DNA from: Octopus bimaculoides
Taxonomy: Eukaryota
Direction: 5' to 3'
DNA: 64,000 bases
NCBI RefSeq assembly: GCF_001194135.2
Contig: NC_068994.1
Coordinates: forward strand, 36,983,000-37,046,999
Part shown: positions 12,569 to 25,570 of the stretch, piece by piece
Layout: every line of letters begins with the position of its first letter
How positions within the stretch are numbered: the first letter of the stretch is position 1
The notes under the pieces: model-generated
What the model saw: the letters and a program-made list of their open reading frames with translations, nothing else
Database searches by the model: none
Told to the model about the DNA's origin: nothing
Translations under genes and position numbers: made by a program

Positions 12569-13408
12569 TACACACATATTCACATATGAATATTTGTATG
12601 TGTGTACATATATGTATGTGCAAATATATACAGAAACAAATGTATATATGAGACAACCAAACAAGTAGAACGAAAAGTTATTTATTCAGAAAGCTGGGGA
12701 TGTTGGGAAAAGCTTTTGATTACATTCAGCCATTTACTTGTAAAATAAGTGAAATCCGAAATGAGTAAAATATATAAGTATATATATAAATATATATGTG
12801 TGTCTCTGTGTGTGTGAGTGTAAACAAATAAAAATTCAGAAAAATAAAGGTAAAGGAAAATAAAAATTGAGAGATTCAACATTATGGAATTATATATCTA
12901 TGCCAATAAATCAATAATCAATCACTTAGTGAGATATTGAGTAGTTTTGTATAGATGAGAAGGACATTTAAAGTAAACCCAGCTGAATAAATTCAGATAA
13001 ATCACACTCAGACCAAAATATGGTGTAGTAGGCAATGATTAACATAGCAAGAATTGGAAACCACACAGCGGCCTCCTGGGGTTCACAGCCACAGATACAT
13101 CCAACTTTCTCTATTAAATTTTTAATCACTTATGGAGTGAAAAATATCAATAATATATATTAATATACATACATACATACATACATATATATGTGTTTGT
13201 GTGTGTATGTACATACACGTGTTTAAGCATATATGTGAGAGAGGGAGAGAGAAAGAGAATGAGTATATTTTTGTGTCTAACTCTGTTTGTAGTTATGGAT
13301 GTATGTCTGCAAATTTGTGTGTGTGTGTTATGTGTTATGTATATTTACCTATAATATCTATCCATCTATCTATATGTATCTATATATATGTGTGTGTGTG
13401 TGTGTATA

Positions 13409-13466
<58 letters not shown>

Positions 13467-13785
13467 GCATGCCTATAATATATATATACATAGATAGACA
13501 GATTTGGTAACAATAGAAGAAACAGAATTCAATACATATGAATACTTATTTATGTCTACATTTTTTAATCAGTTGTAAAATTAAAGTGATTTGAAAGCTG
13601 AGACTTTCACACAATCCAGGAGTTTGTTAAGTTATATCTGGACGTAAATATTAGCACCAGTGTTATAACAATGTATGACATTGTCTGATCCTCTGAAAGT
13701 TCTGCCAATCCACTGTATATACATATGTGTGTGTGTTTGTGTGAATGCACATATGCACATTCATATATCTATCCCTGTGAATGTA

Positions 13786-13819
<34 letters not shown>

Positions 13820-13943
13820 AATATATGTAAATAGACTTTTACACACACATTTTACACACACACACACACACAAACATACATATATATGTATATGCAGACT
13901 CATATTTACATACTAATTACATATGTATGTCTGCATATGTATG

Positions 13944-13991
<48 letters not shown>

Positions 13992-14559
13992 AAGGTAGAT
14001 TGGTAGGACTATTGGGGAGTTTGGCAACATATTGTACATTATCTGTTGCAGGTCTTTGCTCCATAACAGTAATGTCTACTACAATACTTGTGTTAACATT
14101 TATTGGGCCAAATTGGTAGCATTTCCTTGGATAAATATTGTTGGTGAGGAGCAGAGAGTTTTGCATGCACATCATACAACTGACAGTCATTTTTCATAAA
14201 ATTTTGCCCAAGCCTTTGCCTATGTGTGCAAATGCAAGGCCAGCCTTCACTGAGATAGGTTCTATATATTTTTATGTACTTTGTGATTTCATTTTCTTGT
14301 CGTCACATCACAGTTCTTCTAGTGCTCTGAGGTTTAACGGTCTGTTGATAATGTGATAAAACAACTTTGGTTTTCACTTGACAGCTGATGAGGGGAGTAT
14401 AGTGTTCATGTTTTTGTCATGACTGGTGCATTTTCCCTGTAATCCATTCTTAGTTTTTTTCCTATGTGATCATAATGTTACTGGCTTTTGACATCACATT
14501 CATATACATTGTATATATGAAAGTATGTGTGATCTATAGTTTCCTAGTTCTTTCTATCT

Positions 14560-15400
14560 CATACTATATGAACTCTGGTGTACTTATTGTTTAATGCTTT
14601 ACCTATTCACTTCCTTCTGTACTCAAACACCAATTTGCCATCACCATCAAACAATATCTTCCCTTATGGTGATGACACTTTCATTCCCATTTAATCTTAC
14701 CCAGTCATACATCATCTATATGCAACCTATAAGCTACACACAACATCTCTAATTTCAGAAAAAGAGACCCTGAAAGTTTCCTATAGTAACCAAGCTAATC
14801 TTCTTCCTTTTAACAACCAAAAACTCAAAAACAAAATCACTGATATCAAGAAATTATCAGAACAATTGTCCATTTAAAATTAAGCAACACAGATTAGTAA
14901 ATCCACTCTCCCTCCAAATGTTAAGCTTTCAATTACCAAGGGTATCTCCTGATGAAAGCACATCATTGCATAGCATTTCAAAGGCTGGTTCCTCTCTTCT
15001 AAATATTTCACACTATCAACCTGCCTCCTACTAACAACCTACAAACCTCATGTGAGACCTATAATGGAGCATTACTCCTTCATCAGGGACAGTATTGTTT
15101 CTGCACACACAGCCATCCTTGGCTACATCCAGAAAAAGATCATTCAAATGGTTACCATAAAATTCGCTAACAAAATTCAAGCTTTAGCCTACAAGTGTGT
15201 CTCTTGTCTCTAGCTTTTTCACTGTTAATATGTGTTTGTTCCTTGCAACTGGCTGAACTGTCTACCACAACTGCCACTTCTAAATCACTCCTCTCTTTTT
15301 CTCTAATCCATCTATTCTCCAGGCACCATACCAATAACTATGCCTAGTTCTTTCTTAGAATATCAGCTCTATGAAATTCACTCTATGATTATGTTTCCCC
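14560..15400 (+). mobile_element. Degraded CR1-clade LINE RT C-terminal remnant
   Basis: It has YGDDTF (YADD-like, about 14665), KYFTLSTCLLLTTYKPHVRPIMEHY (compare LYK.QIRP.MEYC), LGYIQKKIIQMV (compare LD.IQ.RAIRLI) and QALAYKCVSCL*LF (compare Q.L.HRR.VASL.LFY). Confidence 0.7.
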
Positions 15401-15938
15401 TGCTGGTGTCAAATTGCAAAAGCTTGCCTCAGGCATTAAAATATCAGTCTCACTGGTCTCCCAGTAGTAGATACATAGCTTTCTAGTAAACCTTATGGCT
15501 CTCTTCACTCTGAGGTCTAATTAATTTACTGTTCAACTTTTGGATGGAAGTTGAAAATATCATACACATATTGGTCAATTTTATCCTTCCTCTCACTTTT
15601 ACTTTTTGTCCATCCTGTCTGCCTCTCTATATGGTAAAAATCTGTTAAGATCAGACCTGAAGGTGATCAGGTTGCATAAGGCCTAGAGGTGCTCAGGATA
15701 TGCTGTATGTCATGTGGTGAGTCTGTGACTCAATCAAGTTTATGAAGGCAAGGCATGGTTTGAATATGTAGAGATACACACACATACATATATGCACAAG
15801 TGTGTTTGGAGAGAGAGAAAGATACTCATAGTTGCATAAATGCACATATGTGTGTGTATGTGTGCATGTATGTATACACACAGAAACATGCATACATACA
15901 TGCGAACACACACATATCTCTCTCTCTCTCTCTCTCTC

Positions 15939-16023
<85 letters not shown>

Positions 16024-16515
16024 TGTGTGTATATAAGAGATGAAAAGATGAAAGCCAGTATAATAAAGGTTATTGTAGAATAATATAATACAGTCATCAC
16101 AATGTGCTAAACATCTTTTTCATGATGTGAAGTCATATTTTCAAAATTCATTCTCTGAGTGTGAACACAAATTACACTTGTTTGATAACTTTTTTGTTCA
16201 GTCTGACGTTGGTTACTTGAAACTCTCACCAACAGTTTGTGAAGTTTTTGCAGATACAATAAAGCACCACTTTTAATTCTATGTTTAGTACTTAAGTACT
16301 ATTTTCCACTAGGTTTTGCACGTCTGCTTCAAAATACATACATACATATATACTAATATGTGTGTGTGTGTATGCGTGCGTGTGTGTGTGTGTGTGTGTG
16401 TCTATGTATGCATATCATATTATGTATATAATATATTAATATGGTATATATTATATATGCCACATCCCAACATCCATACTTAAATTTGTATAAATAAAAA
16501 ATATATAATACATAC

Positions 16516-16557
<42 letters not shown>

Positions 16558-16629
16558 TATATAAACAAATTCTCCTAAATATGTACATATATATATATAT
16601 AAACAAATTCTCCTATATATGTGCATACA

Positions 16630-16662
<33 letters not shown>

Positions 16663-17335
16663 GTACATATATGGGAGAATTTGTTTTGGGGGTTGAAAAT
16701 GAACCTGAATCTCAAGATGTGTAGTTGTTTTAAAANNNNNNNNNNNNNNNNNNNNNNNNNNNNNNNNNNNNNNNNNNNNNNNNNNNNNNNNNNNNNNNNN
16801 NNNNNNNNNNNNNNNNNNNNNNNNNNNNNNNNNNNNNNNNNNNNNNNNNNNNNNNNNNNNNNNNNNNNNNNNNNNNNNNNNNNNNNNNNNNNNNNNNNNN
16901 NNNNNNNNNNNNNNNNNNNNNNNNNNNNNNNNNNNNNNNNNNNNNNNNNNNNNNNNNNNNNNNNNNNNNNNNNNNNNNNNNNNNNNNNNNNNNNNNNNNN
17001 NNNNNNNNNNNNNNNNNNNNNNNNNNNNNNNNNNNNNNNNNNNNNNNNNNNNNNNNNNNNNNNNNNNNNNNNNNNNNNNNNNNNNNNNNNNNNNNNNNNN
17101 NNNNNNNNNNNNNNNNNNNNNNNNNNNNNNNNNNNNNNNNNNNNNNNNNNNNNNNNNNNNNNNNNNNNNNNNNNNNNNNNNNNNNNNNNNNNNNNNNNNN
17201 NNNNNNNNNNNTATATATGTATATATATATGTATGTATATGTATATATATATATGTATATATATATGTATGTATATGTATATATATATGTGTATATATAT
17301 ATGTATGTATATATATATATATGTAGATATATATG

Positions 17336-17384
<49 letters not shown>

Positions 17385-17421
17385 ATGCATATATGCATAC
17401 ATACACACTTAAAATTTTTAT

Positions 17422-17464
<43 letters not shown>

Positions 17465-17907
17465 CTCATATACATATGTGTGATGGGGAGGTGAAGGTGC
17501 ATGTTTGTGTTTCTGAGTATTCATATATTCATAACTAAGTTAGGAGTGACAGTGAATTATTGTTATAAATATTATATGTGATCATATAATGCTCTCACAC
17601 ATGTATAAACATGCCCTCCTTCATATAAATATAATTTTTTGATTGTGTACACACACACACACATACACACACATGCGCTTGCATGCACACACACACATGT
17701 CTATTACCCCACTCCTGTTTCTTTAAGTTTCACTTCATACCTTAGCTCATATGTTTGTGTGTGTGTATATAAACATAATTCATATTTACATACACATACT
17801 CACTTAAACATATGCATATATATATTTACATTTATGGAGATATACATACATACATAGACACATGAACACACACATACATATACATACACACACACACACA
17901 CACACAT

Positions 17908-17938
<31 letters not shown>

Positions 17939-18101
17939 CATATACAAGTATACTCGATGTATACAAATACAGAAATATTCCAGCATGGCCTTATGTATGT
18001 TGGTTAAAACAAACTAAAGAATTAAAGTGCATGCACATATGTCCCATTGTGCCACACACATTTATAGATAAAATCATTCACTCTCTGTCTCTCTTTCTGA
18101 C

Positions 18102-18155
<54 letters not shown>

Positions 18156-18289
18156 TTGTGTGTGTGTGTGTGTGTGTGTATATATAATCAATCAAAATAC
18201 ATATAAATAAATGTGTATATGTATACATATGTATATATTATTTCATCATCATCATCATTATCTAACATTCATGTTCCATGCTGGTATGG

Positions 18290-18430
18290 GTTGGATTATC
18301 TGGACTTTCCTATATCTTCTGTTTCCGAAGAAGAGCTTTGCTCAAAAGGTAAAGCAACCACTCTTTCTTTCCTTCTCTTAGCATCTTATTATTACTTTGC
18401 ATGTTCCACGTCCTCATGCTGTTTGTTTTC
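18290..18430 (+). mobile_element. Small Penelope-terminus-like repeat with a degenerate hammerhead-like core (copy 1)
   Basis: CCGAAGA-A-GAGC-TTT-GCTC-AAAAGG at 18325-18349 is followed by TTTCCTTCTCTTAGCATCTTATTATTAC...CACGTCCTC, which is homologous to the 59.7-59.85 kb copy. Confidence 0.5.
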
Positions 18431-19094
18431 TTGTCTTTTTTTCTGTTGTTTGATTAATTATATACATACACACACAACACACACACACTTAGATACAAAT
18501 ATATGTATAGATATATAGATAGACACAAACACACACACAGACACACATCTGTACATATATAAATATGCATCCACATGTATGTATATATGTCAATATATAT
18601 ATGTAAACAAATAAACTTTTTTGCGTATATAAACACACTTGTACATAACTGGTTGAAACTATTAAACAATGTGACCAACAAAATTGTGCTGTATGTTTGC
18701 ATTCTATTTTTGAAGTTTTGGTTTTGTTGCTTCACAAAGCTATGTTATGTGTACTTTTCTAACTTTGCATTCATATATTTAAATATATCACTTTAATTGC
18801 CTTTGCTTAATATAAAAATAAGTTAAGTTCATAAAATTCTGTGTAAATTCCTATGTACTATTTTCAAAACACCTGCAGAATTTACTTTTTAAATTACTAG
18901 AAATTACTTTGGGAGAAAAAGGAAAAAAGCAATCAGAAAATATCATCACAACAAGATTAAGTTTAATAGAAAATCACAGAAATGTATTTTTGTAATAAAT
19001 ATATCACTTAAATATGTAATTATGCAAAAGAATGAAAATAATGATAATAATTAATCAAAGAACAAATGAATCATGGAAAGAAATAACTACTCAC

Positions 19095-19165
19095 TGATGC
19101 AGGTAAATCCTTGAAAGTTTTCTTGAGATTAGAAGTGTATCCTGCTGTCGAGTTGTATTCAATGC
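19095..19165 (-). other. Putative non-coding first exon of the protocadherin gene
   Basis: A consensus donor CATCA|GTGAGT sits at 19095/19094, about 100 nt downstream of a TATATAA box, in non-repetitive sequence. The TSS position is estimated. Confidence 0.45.
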
Positions 19166-19400
19166 TAGCTGCTGTTGTGTGCTGCTAATATTATATATGG
19201 CTTGGTCTGTGTTGTGTGAGCATCAGCTAGAAAGAGAGTGGTAGAAGAGGAGTGAAACCAATAGAGAGAGAGAGAGTGTGTGTGTATGTGAGAGAGGGAG
19301 TGTGAGAGAGGTCTGCAGTCCTATCTCATATAAAGTGAATGTAATGTCTGCTGCAGCCAATGACAGGCTGGTTTGTGGTTCCCATGGAAGGGAAACGGAA
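19166..19400 (-). promoter_or_regulatory. Putative protocadherin promoter (TATA box, two reverse-orientation CCAAT boxes, CT/GA-rich tract)
   Basis: The minus strand has TATATAA at 19197-19191. CCAAT occurs on the plus strand at 19258-19262 and 19357-19361, a (GA)n/(GT)n tract spans about 19262-19310, and a donor follows at 19094. Confidence 0.45.
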
Positions 19401-20639
19401 ACCCTGCCTCTACTTCTTGTAGCAGAGAAGTAGATTAACTGAAGGATTGAGTCATTGAGAATTATATCAGTTCTTACACACTTTTCTATATATTCAACTC
19501 ACAGCTATAATTTAGTTTCACAATACATTTTTGAAATACTGTTCATTTTTTTCCATAATTAAATAACACTGACTGTTAATAAACAGCTTTTCAGATAAAT
19601 CAATTTAAATTCAATATCTGTCAAAAAGAAAACTATTTAATAGATTCAACAATAACTTATCCACAGTCTATTTGTCAGTTCTTATGGAATCAGGCATTTT
19701 TCAAGGAAAATTCTGTGGTCATTGAAAGTATCTCATTATAGCTATATATCTTTATTGACATAAATTTCTAAAGTAAAAAAGANNNNNNNNNNNNNNNNNN
19801 NNNNNNNNNNNNNNNNNNNNNNNNNNNNNNNNNNNNNNNNNNNNNNNNNNNNNNNNNNNNNNNNNNAAAAAAAAAAAAAAAAAAAAAAATGAAGACAAAA
19901 TAAATAAAGGGACATGAATTATCTATAATATTACCTTTTCAAAGGCTTATAGTTATCTGAATCAAAGTTCAGCATATATGGATTTATGTCCGCAAGTAAA
20001 TGATCAATGCAAAAAATAAAAAAATGAAAATAGAAAAGAAATTATTGATTCTGTACTTACATTAAGTTTTTCCTTTTTTATAGCTATTTTTCACACTTGT
20101 TTAGCAGACAATATCTATTTTAATGAAAGATTTTTCTTATCTTTAGAATGGAAAAAGTTTTTACTTCTTTATTGAATTATATTAAAATTTCTCTCTTCAC
20201 TTTTTTCCTCTCTTGTTACTGACACAATAATGAAATCATATTGTCAGTGTCTGTTTAAGCTAATGAAATTTATAGACTAAGTTTAAAGAAAGTAATTAGT
20301 AATGTTGCTATCACACTCTATATTATCGACACAGCCAGTTTAAGCATCTTTAAGAGTATCTATGATTATGATGTAGGTGTGTGCTGGAGATATACTTTTA
20401 ATCTTTGTTGTTGTTTTTCTTTTTCTTCATTTCTTTTTCCTTTTTTTTTTTTTTTTCAAAAGGTTGAATCTTTAAATGAGATTATAAAGAATAACTATGG
20501 ATGGATATTGGAAACACCAGTTAAAATTAGCAGCAAAAAAGAAAACAAAAACCTCTTTGAGGTTTACATAGCTTACTTAGTGCCATTATTGATCTTATAG
20601 AATATCTTTAAATGTATCCCTTATTTTGATTTACTGGAC

Positions 20640-21180
20640 ATTGTCCATAGTTTGTTCAGCATCGCTGCCTTCAGTTTGAATGATATCAGCAGAAGAATTT
20701 TACTAGCAAAGGACTTGGAAAATAATCAACTCTTCCATTCACTATCATGCTAAACTGGTGCCTAATCTTCTGGAAGAAACTTGTATTGAGTCTTGAGACA
20801 GTATTCAGAGTCTTACAAGCTCCAATAGCAACTCCCCAGCTGCAGCAGTCAGGCAAAGATGGCAGTTGGCATATTCTGAAGTGCACAGCTCATCATGGGG
20901 TTTAGATTTGATTCCATACAGTTGAACTGCTTCCAAGGAATTTACATTTTTTGCCAGATTTTGTTACCATGCTGCTTCTGCATATTCTAAATGTGAATGT
21001 ATCTAGTTTTAATACAGACCAATTGATATATCTTTCTCTTGGCTGACCACTGCTGGACTCAACCAGCAGAGCATTTGATTGGCTTTGTTAATGGCGTAAA
21101 TCCTCTTACCATTTGCCTTAGATCTCTTTCAATCAATACTATGAGGTCTTACCCTACATCACTGTCTTCTAGTGTCTTCT
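20640..21180 (-). mobile_element. Degraded CR1/L2-type LINE 3' remnant
   Basis: Minus-strand blocks AINKANQMLCW, HSHLEYAEAAW*QNLAKNVNSLEAVQL and LPSLPDCCSWGVAIGACKTLN match the KANRMLG..PHLEYA..W....DI..LE.VQ..LPSL..RR.RGD.I..YK.LN pattern. Confidence 0.75.
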
Positions 21181-24100
21181 AATTGATTGCATTGAATACT
21201 AAAAGTAACATGGTTATTCTAAATACCAGTGCTTCTGTAAACAATCAGGTAGGAAAATTCAGATATCTGATGCAAAATAGTTTGCACAATTATTAGTGTT
21301 GTAAATTTTCAATGAAATAATGGTTAATTGTCAAACTGGCATGAATGTTTGTCTTTTTTTATTTATCTTAACTATTTTGAAGATTTTCAAGTGAAATTCT
21401 GAAACTGTAAAGCAGATCCAAAATTCATTATCATTCTACTATACTCAAAGTTCAATGAAATAAGAACAGATTATGTACCACTTCAAAAGTCCAGATGCAT
21501 AAAGGTTTGGACAAGAATTCTCTATTAGCTTTTGTGTAGTTGCTAATCCATAAAGCAATAACATTTACATCAGTTGACATCACTTTATTTGCAAATAGTA
21601 TGTTTTAAAATTTAATATATCAGAAATGAAAATGTAGTAGCCATTCATATCTGCACTGATCTTTTTACTGATTTAACTTTGTCTTGAGTTACTATCTTAC
21701 TTATTTAAATGTGATGCATATAACAATGAAGAGTGCATTACAAAAAGAAATAAAAAGAGATCTGTACCTTTTACATGTGCTCTTTAACAGCCTTCGATTA
21801 GATTAGACTTCTCATTCCTTCAAAGAAGAGCTCTGTTTGAAGCATCAGTATTCACTTTACCTTTCAGTATCTCACCTCATTTTATCTAATGAATTTTACA
21901 CCTGTACTCTAATTAAGTTTTTATGATTGTATTAGTTGTGTATTTGTACACTGTTCACTCATAGAGATTGTTTGAAATATACAACTTGCATTATGGTAAG
22001 TTTATGAAAATCTTGAATATGAGGCTTCATTTGGACTATCTGCATCAGTGTTCAATATTGTATCAGGCATACTGATGTTTATAGAATGTTTACGTAATAT
22101 GCATTCTTGATGACTTATGGATTGTATATATCAATACAGTGCATCAAATTTATTAAAACAGTTAACTCTTTTAAAGGTCTAGATTATGATATTGAATAAA
22201 AAAATTTAACTGTACACAAAAAAAAACCATCTTTGCAATTTTATTTAATATTGTAAATATAACATTATATATTACAACTAGTTTTCTCCGTTGTGTTATG
22301 TCACTTGGATATAGTTTTATGATATAACATTTTTTAAAAAGAAAGTATGTATACTGGCAATAAAAACCTAATTATTCAATAATACTTATCTTAAAGACTT
22401 CGCTATAGTTATTAACTGTGTCATATTGCAGAATAGAAGAAATATATAAATGAAATAGATTTATCTTTGAAAAAGCTAAGCAGTTCTCAGTGTTTAGGAA
22501 AATCTATTGTAACATCAGACATTTTCTAAAGTATGACCAATAGAGGCTCTTGAGGTGGAAATGAGAAAGAAAACTCTTATAAACCTATAGAAATTTGTGC
22601 TACATACCACAGTAGGATTTCAAATGGAAATCAATGTTATCAATAAAATTGATATTCTTTAATCTTAACAAATGAAATAAAATTTCAAAGAGAGAAATCA
22701 ATACGTAAAAATAATACTTGCTTTTATAGAGTACATTCCCCTCTGCCAGTATGTCTTTTATAGTGAGTTCTATTTTTCTTGTGATCACAGGAACAAAGAG
22801 GAGACCTTTTTTGATGCGTTTTACTATCAAGCAAAGAAATACTATTCGTTCTGTCAAGTTTATGTCATGTCTAGAAACAAGAATCTCATAATATCTTTTA
22901 GCACAATATGAACATACTAATTTCTTGAAAGAATCAATACAGATAACATAAAAAGACATGTATGTTCACAAAGAAACCTATACACTTGGTAATGTGTTAG
23001 CAATATATACATATTAACGACGACAATGATGCTGACAACGACGATGATGCTGATGATGATGATGATGAGGATGACATTGATAATAATGTCAACGATGACA
23101 ATGTTGTTGATTATGACAATGGTAATGACAATGCTGCTGCTGATGATGATTTAGCATTTAAGATTATATTAATGAGTGGTTCTCAAAAATTAGGGTGATT
23201 TATTTATGAGAATTTTGTGTAAAGATTAAATCTTTGTTTCTCAAATTTTCTAAATATTTCGAACCACTCAAACATAAAAGAAAACAATGAAATAAACAAA
23301 TTAAATTAATAATTTGTTAATCATTTTGTTTCTTTATCTATTCCCTAGCTCATTCAAGCTCCATTTTATATTCATGAAACTGTTTAACTACAAGCAAAAC
23401 CCTCTTTCTCTCTGTAAGTAGTCAGCTAAACAAGAGAATGAGGATGTTGCAATTGTTTGTCTTTTGTTTAAAATATTTCTTTAATTTTTGCTCCAAGTTA
23501 TATTTCTCTAATATTTGTACAATGCTTTAAAATATTATAAAGGTATTGAAAAGCTGAAAACTATAATAAAACCAAATCTGATAATCTTAAATATTCTTCT
23601 AATAAAATTAGAGAAATTATTGTGATAGAATCTGTTTAAATCTGACAAGAAAAAATAGATAACAATGTTTACGTTTATAGAAAAGTTTTATTGGAATAGT
23701 TTAAGGGCACAAAAAACAAAACAAAACAAACATTTTTCTTATTCTTCACCTCCCCTCCCCCTCCCTCCCTACCTCCTCCCTCCCTCCTCCTCTTCTTCTT
23801 CTTCTTCTTCTTCTTCTTCTTTGTAGTTAGTATTCATGTATGTGTGTGTGATTTTCATTCATTATGCCTCAGTAATATAATTTAATACTTTAATATGACG
23901 TGATGATTTGATGGAAGGCTAAAGATATTTGGCTTTTGGGGAGATGTTTACTATTACACAAATAACATTCTGCTTAAGGTGGTCATTTGTTGAAGAAAAC
24001 ATTAACTCTAATATTGCAAGACATGCTTTCTAAGCTTAATTGAAAGTTTAAAACTAGAATGACTATCAAGATTATTTCTCTTACTAAATTTAATGAAAGA

Positions 24101-24573
24101 TAAATGTAGAACAGAAACAGTGCAAAAGGTAAGAGAAAATAGGTGGGGTGATACAAAGCCATAGAAATGCAACATATTTATTATTGAACGGGTTCAGTTT
24201 GAACAGATCTGTAACTTCAAATCAAACTTAATTAATTATGAAAGCCTCATTTTGGTTTACAACTGAAATATTTAAATCTCTAAGCTTGGGAAGATCAAGT
24301 AAATGAGGGGAGAAACAAACAAACTGTCAACCAAAATTGTTTAAATGCATATTTTCTATTAAGAGGGTAATTTTAGATAACATCACACATTCTGAACACA
24401 TAAATAATAAATGTCTTTTGGTTTCCTTTCTGTTTTTTTTCATCTCTTAATATGTACCAGCAATAGTGAAATATTAAAGGAACAATTATTTTTAATACTG
24501 GAGTATATTACAAATATACATAGTTCTGCTTAAATAATGCAACAGTATGTTATATATGTATGTATGTATGTAT

Positions 24574-24626
<53 letters not shown>

Positions 24627-24803
24627 CATACATACTCTCTCTCTCTCTCACACACATACACACACACACATATTATTCAATACAGAGACTGGCAGAAAAT
24701 ATTTTTATTTTGACCCTGTAAAAGAATAGTGAAAATAAAAAAAAAAAGACAATAGTTTATGAGTCAATTCAACTTTAGAAGAATTTAGTACCAAATCTAC
24801 ATT

Positions 24804-25090
24804 TTATGAGTTTGGTAATATTTTTGGTACTGCAGGGAGTGGCTTAGCATATGATGTGAAACTATTCCTACTTGGTAAATTCCACAACTGTGTAGGTATA
24901 GTAGAACTGGAAGTGTTCACACGTATTGATTTCAAATCAATCACATCATTGCAATGAGAATTCTGGCCAGCATCGTTTTGGTCAAAGCGACCACCACCTG
25001 TTGTCTTTGATTCTGTTGATTTATTTAGTATCTGTGGTAAAGACATTGAACCTGTAGTGTGGAGTTTTTTTTGTTTGTAAGGCTTGAAAC
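24804..25090 (-). CDS. Terminal coding exon (phase-1 start, 94 aa, FKPYKQKK...KPLPAVPKILPNS*); probably the cytoplasmic tail end of an upstream protocadherin
   Basis: A strong acceptor TTTTCTTTCTCTTTTTCTTCAG|GT precedes a frame open to TAA at 24806-24804. The sequence is non-repetitive, more GC-rich than its flanks, and Ser/Thr/Pro-rich like a cytoplasmic tail. It is on the same strand as the neighbouring Pcdh. Pcdh identity is inferred from context only. Confidence 0.6.
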
Positions 25091-25514
25091 CTGAAGAAAA
25101 AGAGAAAGAAAATATAAACTGTATAGAAAGAAATACTCAGGGATTCTTGACAGAGATAGGAAAGGAGGTTAACACACATTATATTGTTTAAATATCATGT
25201 TATGAAAATGACACAGTAGGTAATATATTTAACAACTGAAGTAATATATCATTTATTTGCTATGGTTAAAAGAAACTAAGAGTTATGTTCCCTAATGGTC
25301 TCTGAAACAAAAACAAATATAAGATATTCTTGAATTATTTCCTTCTTTAGAGCATAGTGAGATCAAAATATTCATGCATGCTTATTAATTTGATTGTTAA
25401 AGTACGGTAAAAATGACATTTCTGCTCTCAAAGTTTAAAATTATATATTAAGAAACTGTGAACTCTGAACTGGTTGAAAAACAGACACAGACACACACAC
25501 ACACACACTGACAT

Positions 25515-25570
<56 letters not shown>

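Noticed and set aside
21960-22140. Loose inverted similarity suggesting a pre-miRNA hairpin
   Set aside because: Pairing is short, interrupted and AT-rich, and not distinguishable from chance without folding statistics or small-RNA data.
22600-22959. 119-aa minus-strand ORF in AT-rich DNA
   Set aside because: No recognisable domain or splice context. It is probably a chance ORF within the putative 3' UTR; a BLASTp would settle it.
24845-24875. WIRS (WAVE-complex-binding) motif in the orphan exon (RNSF)
   Set aside because: The position requiring a bulky hydrophobic residue is Arg, so the consensus is not met.
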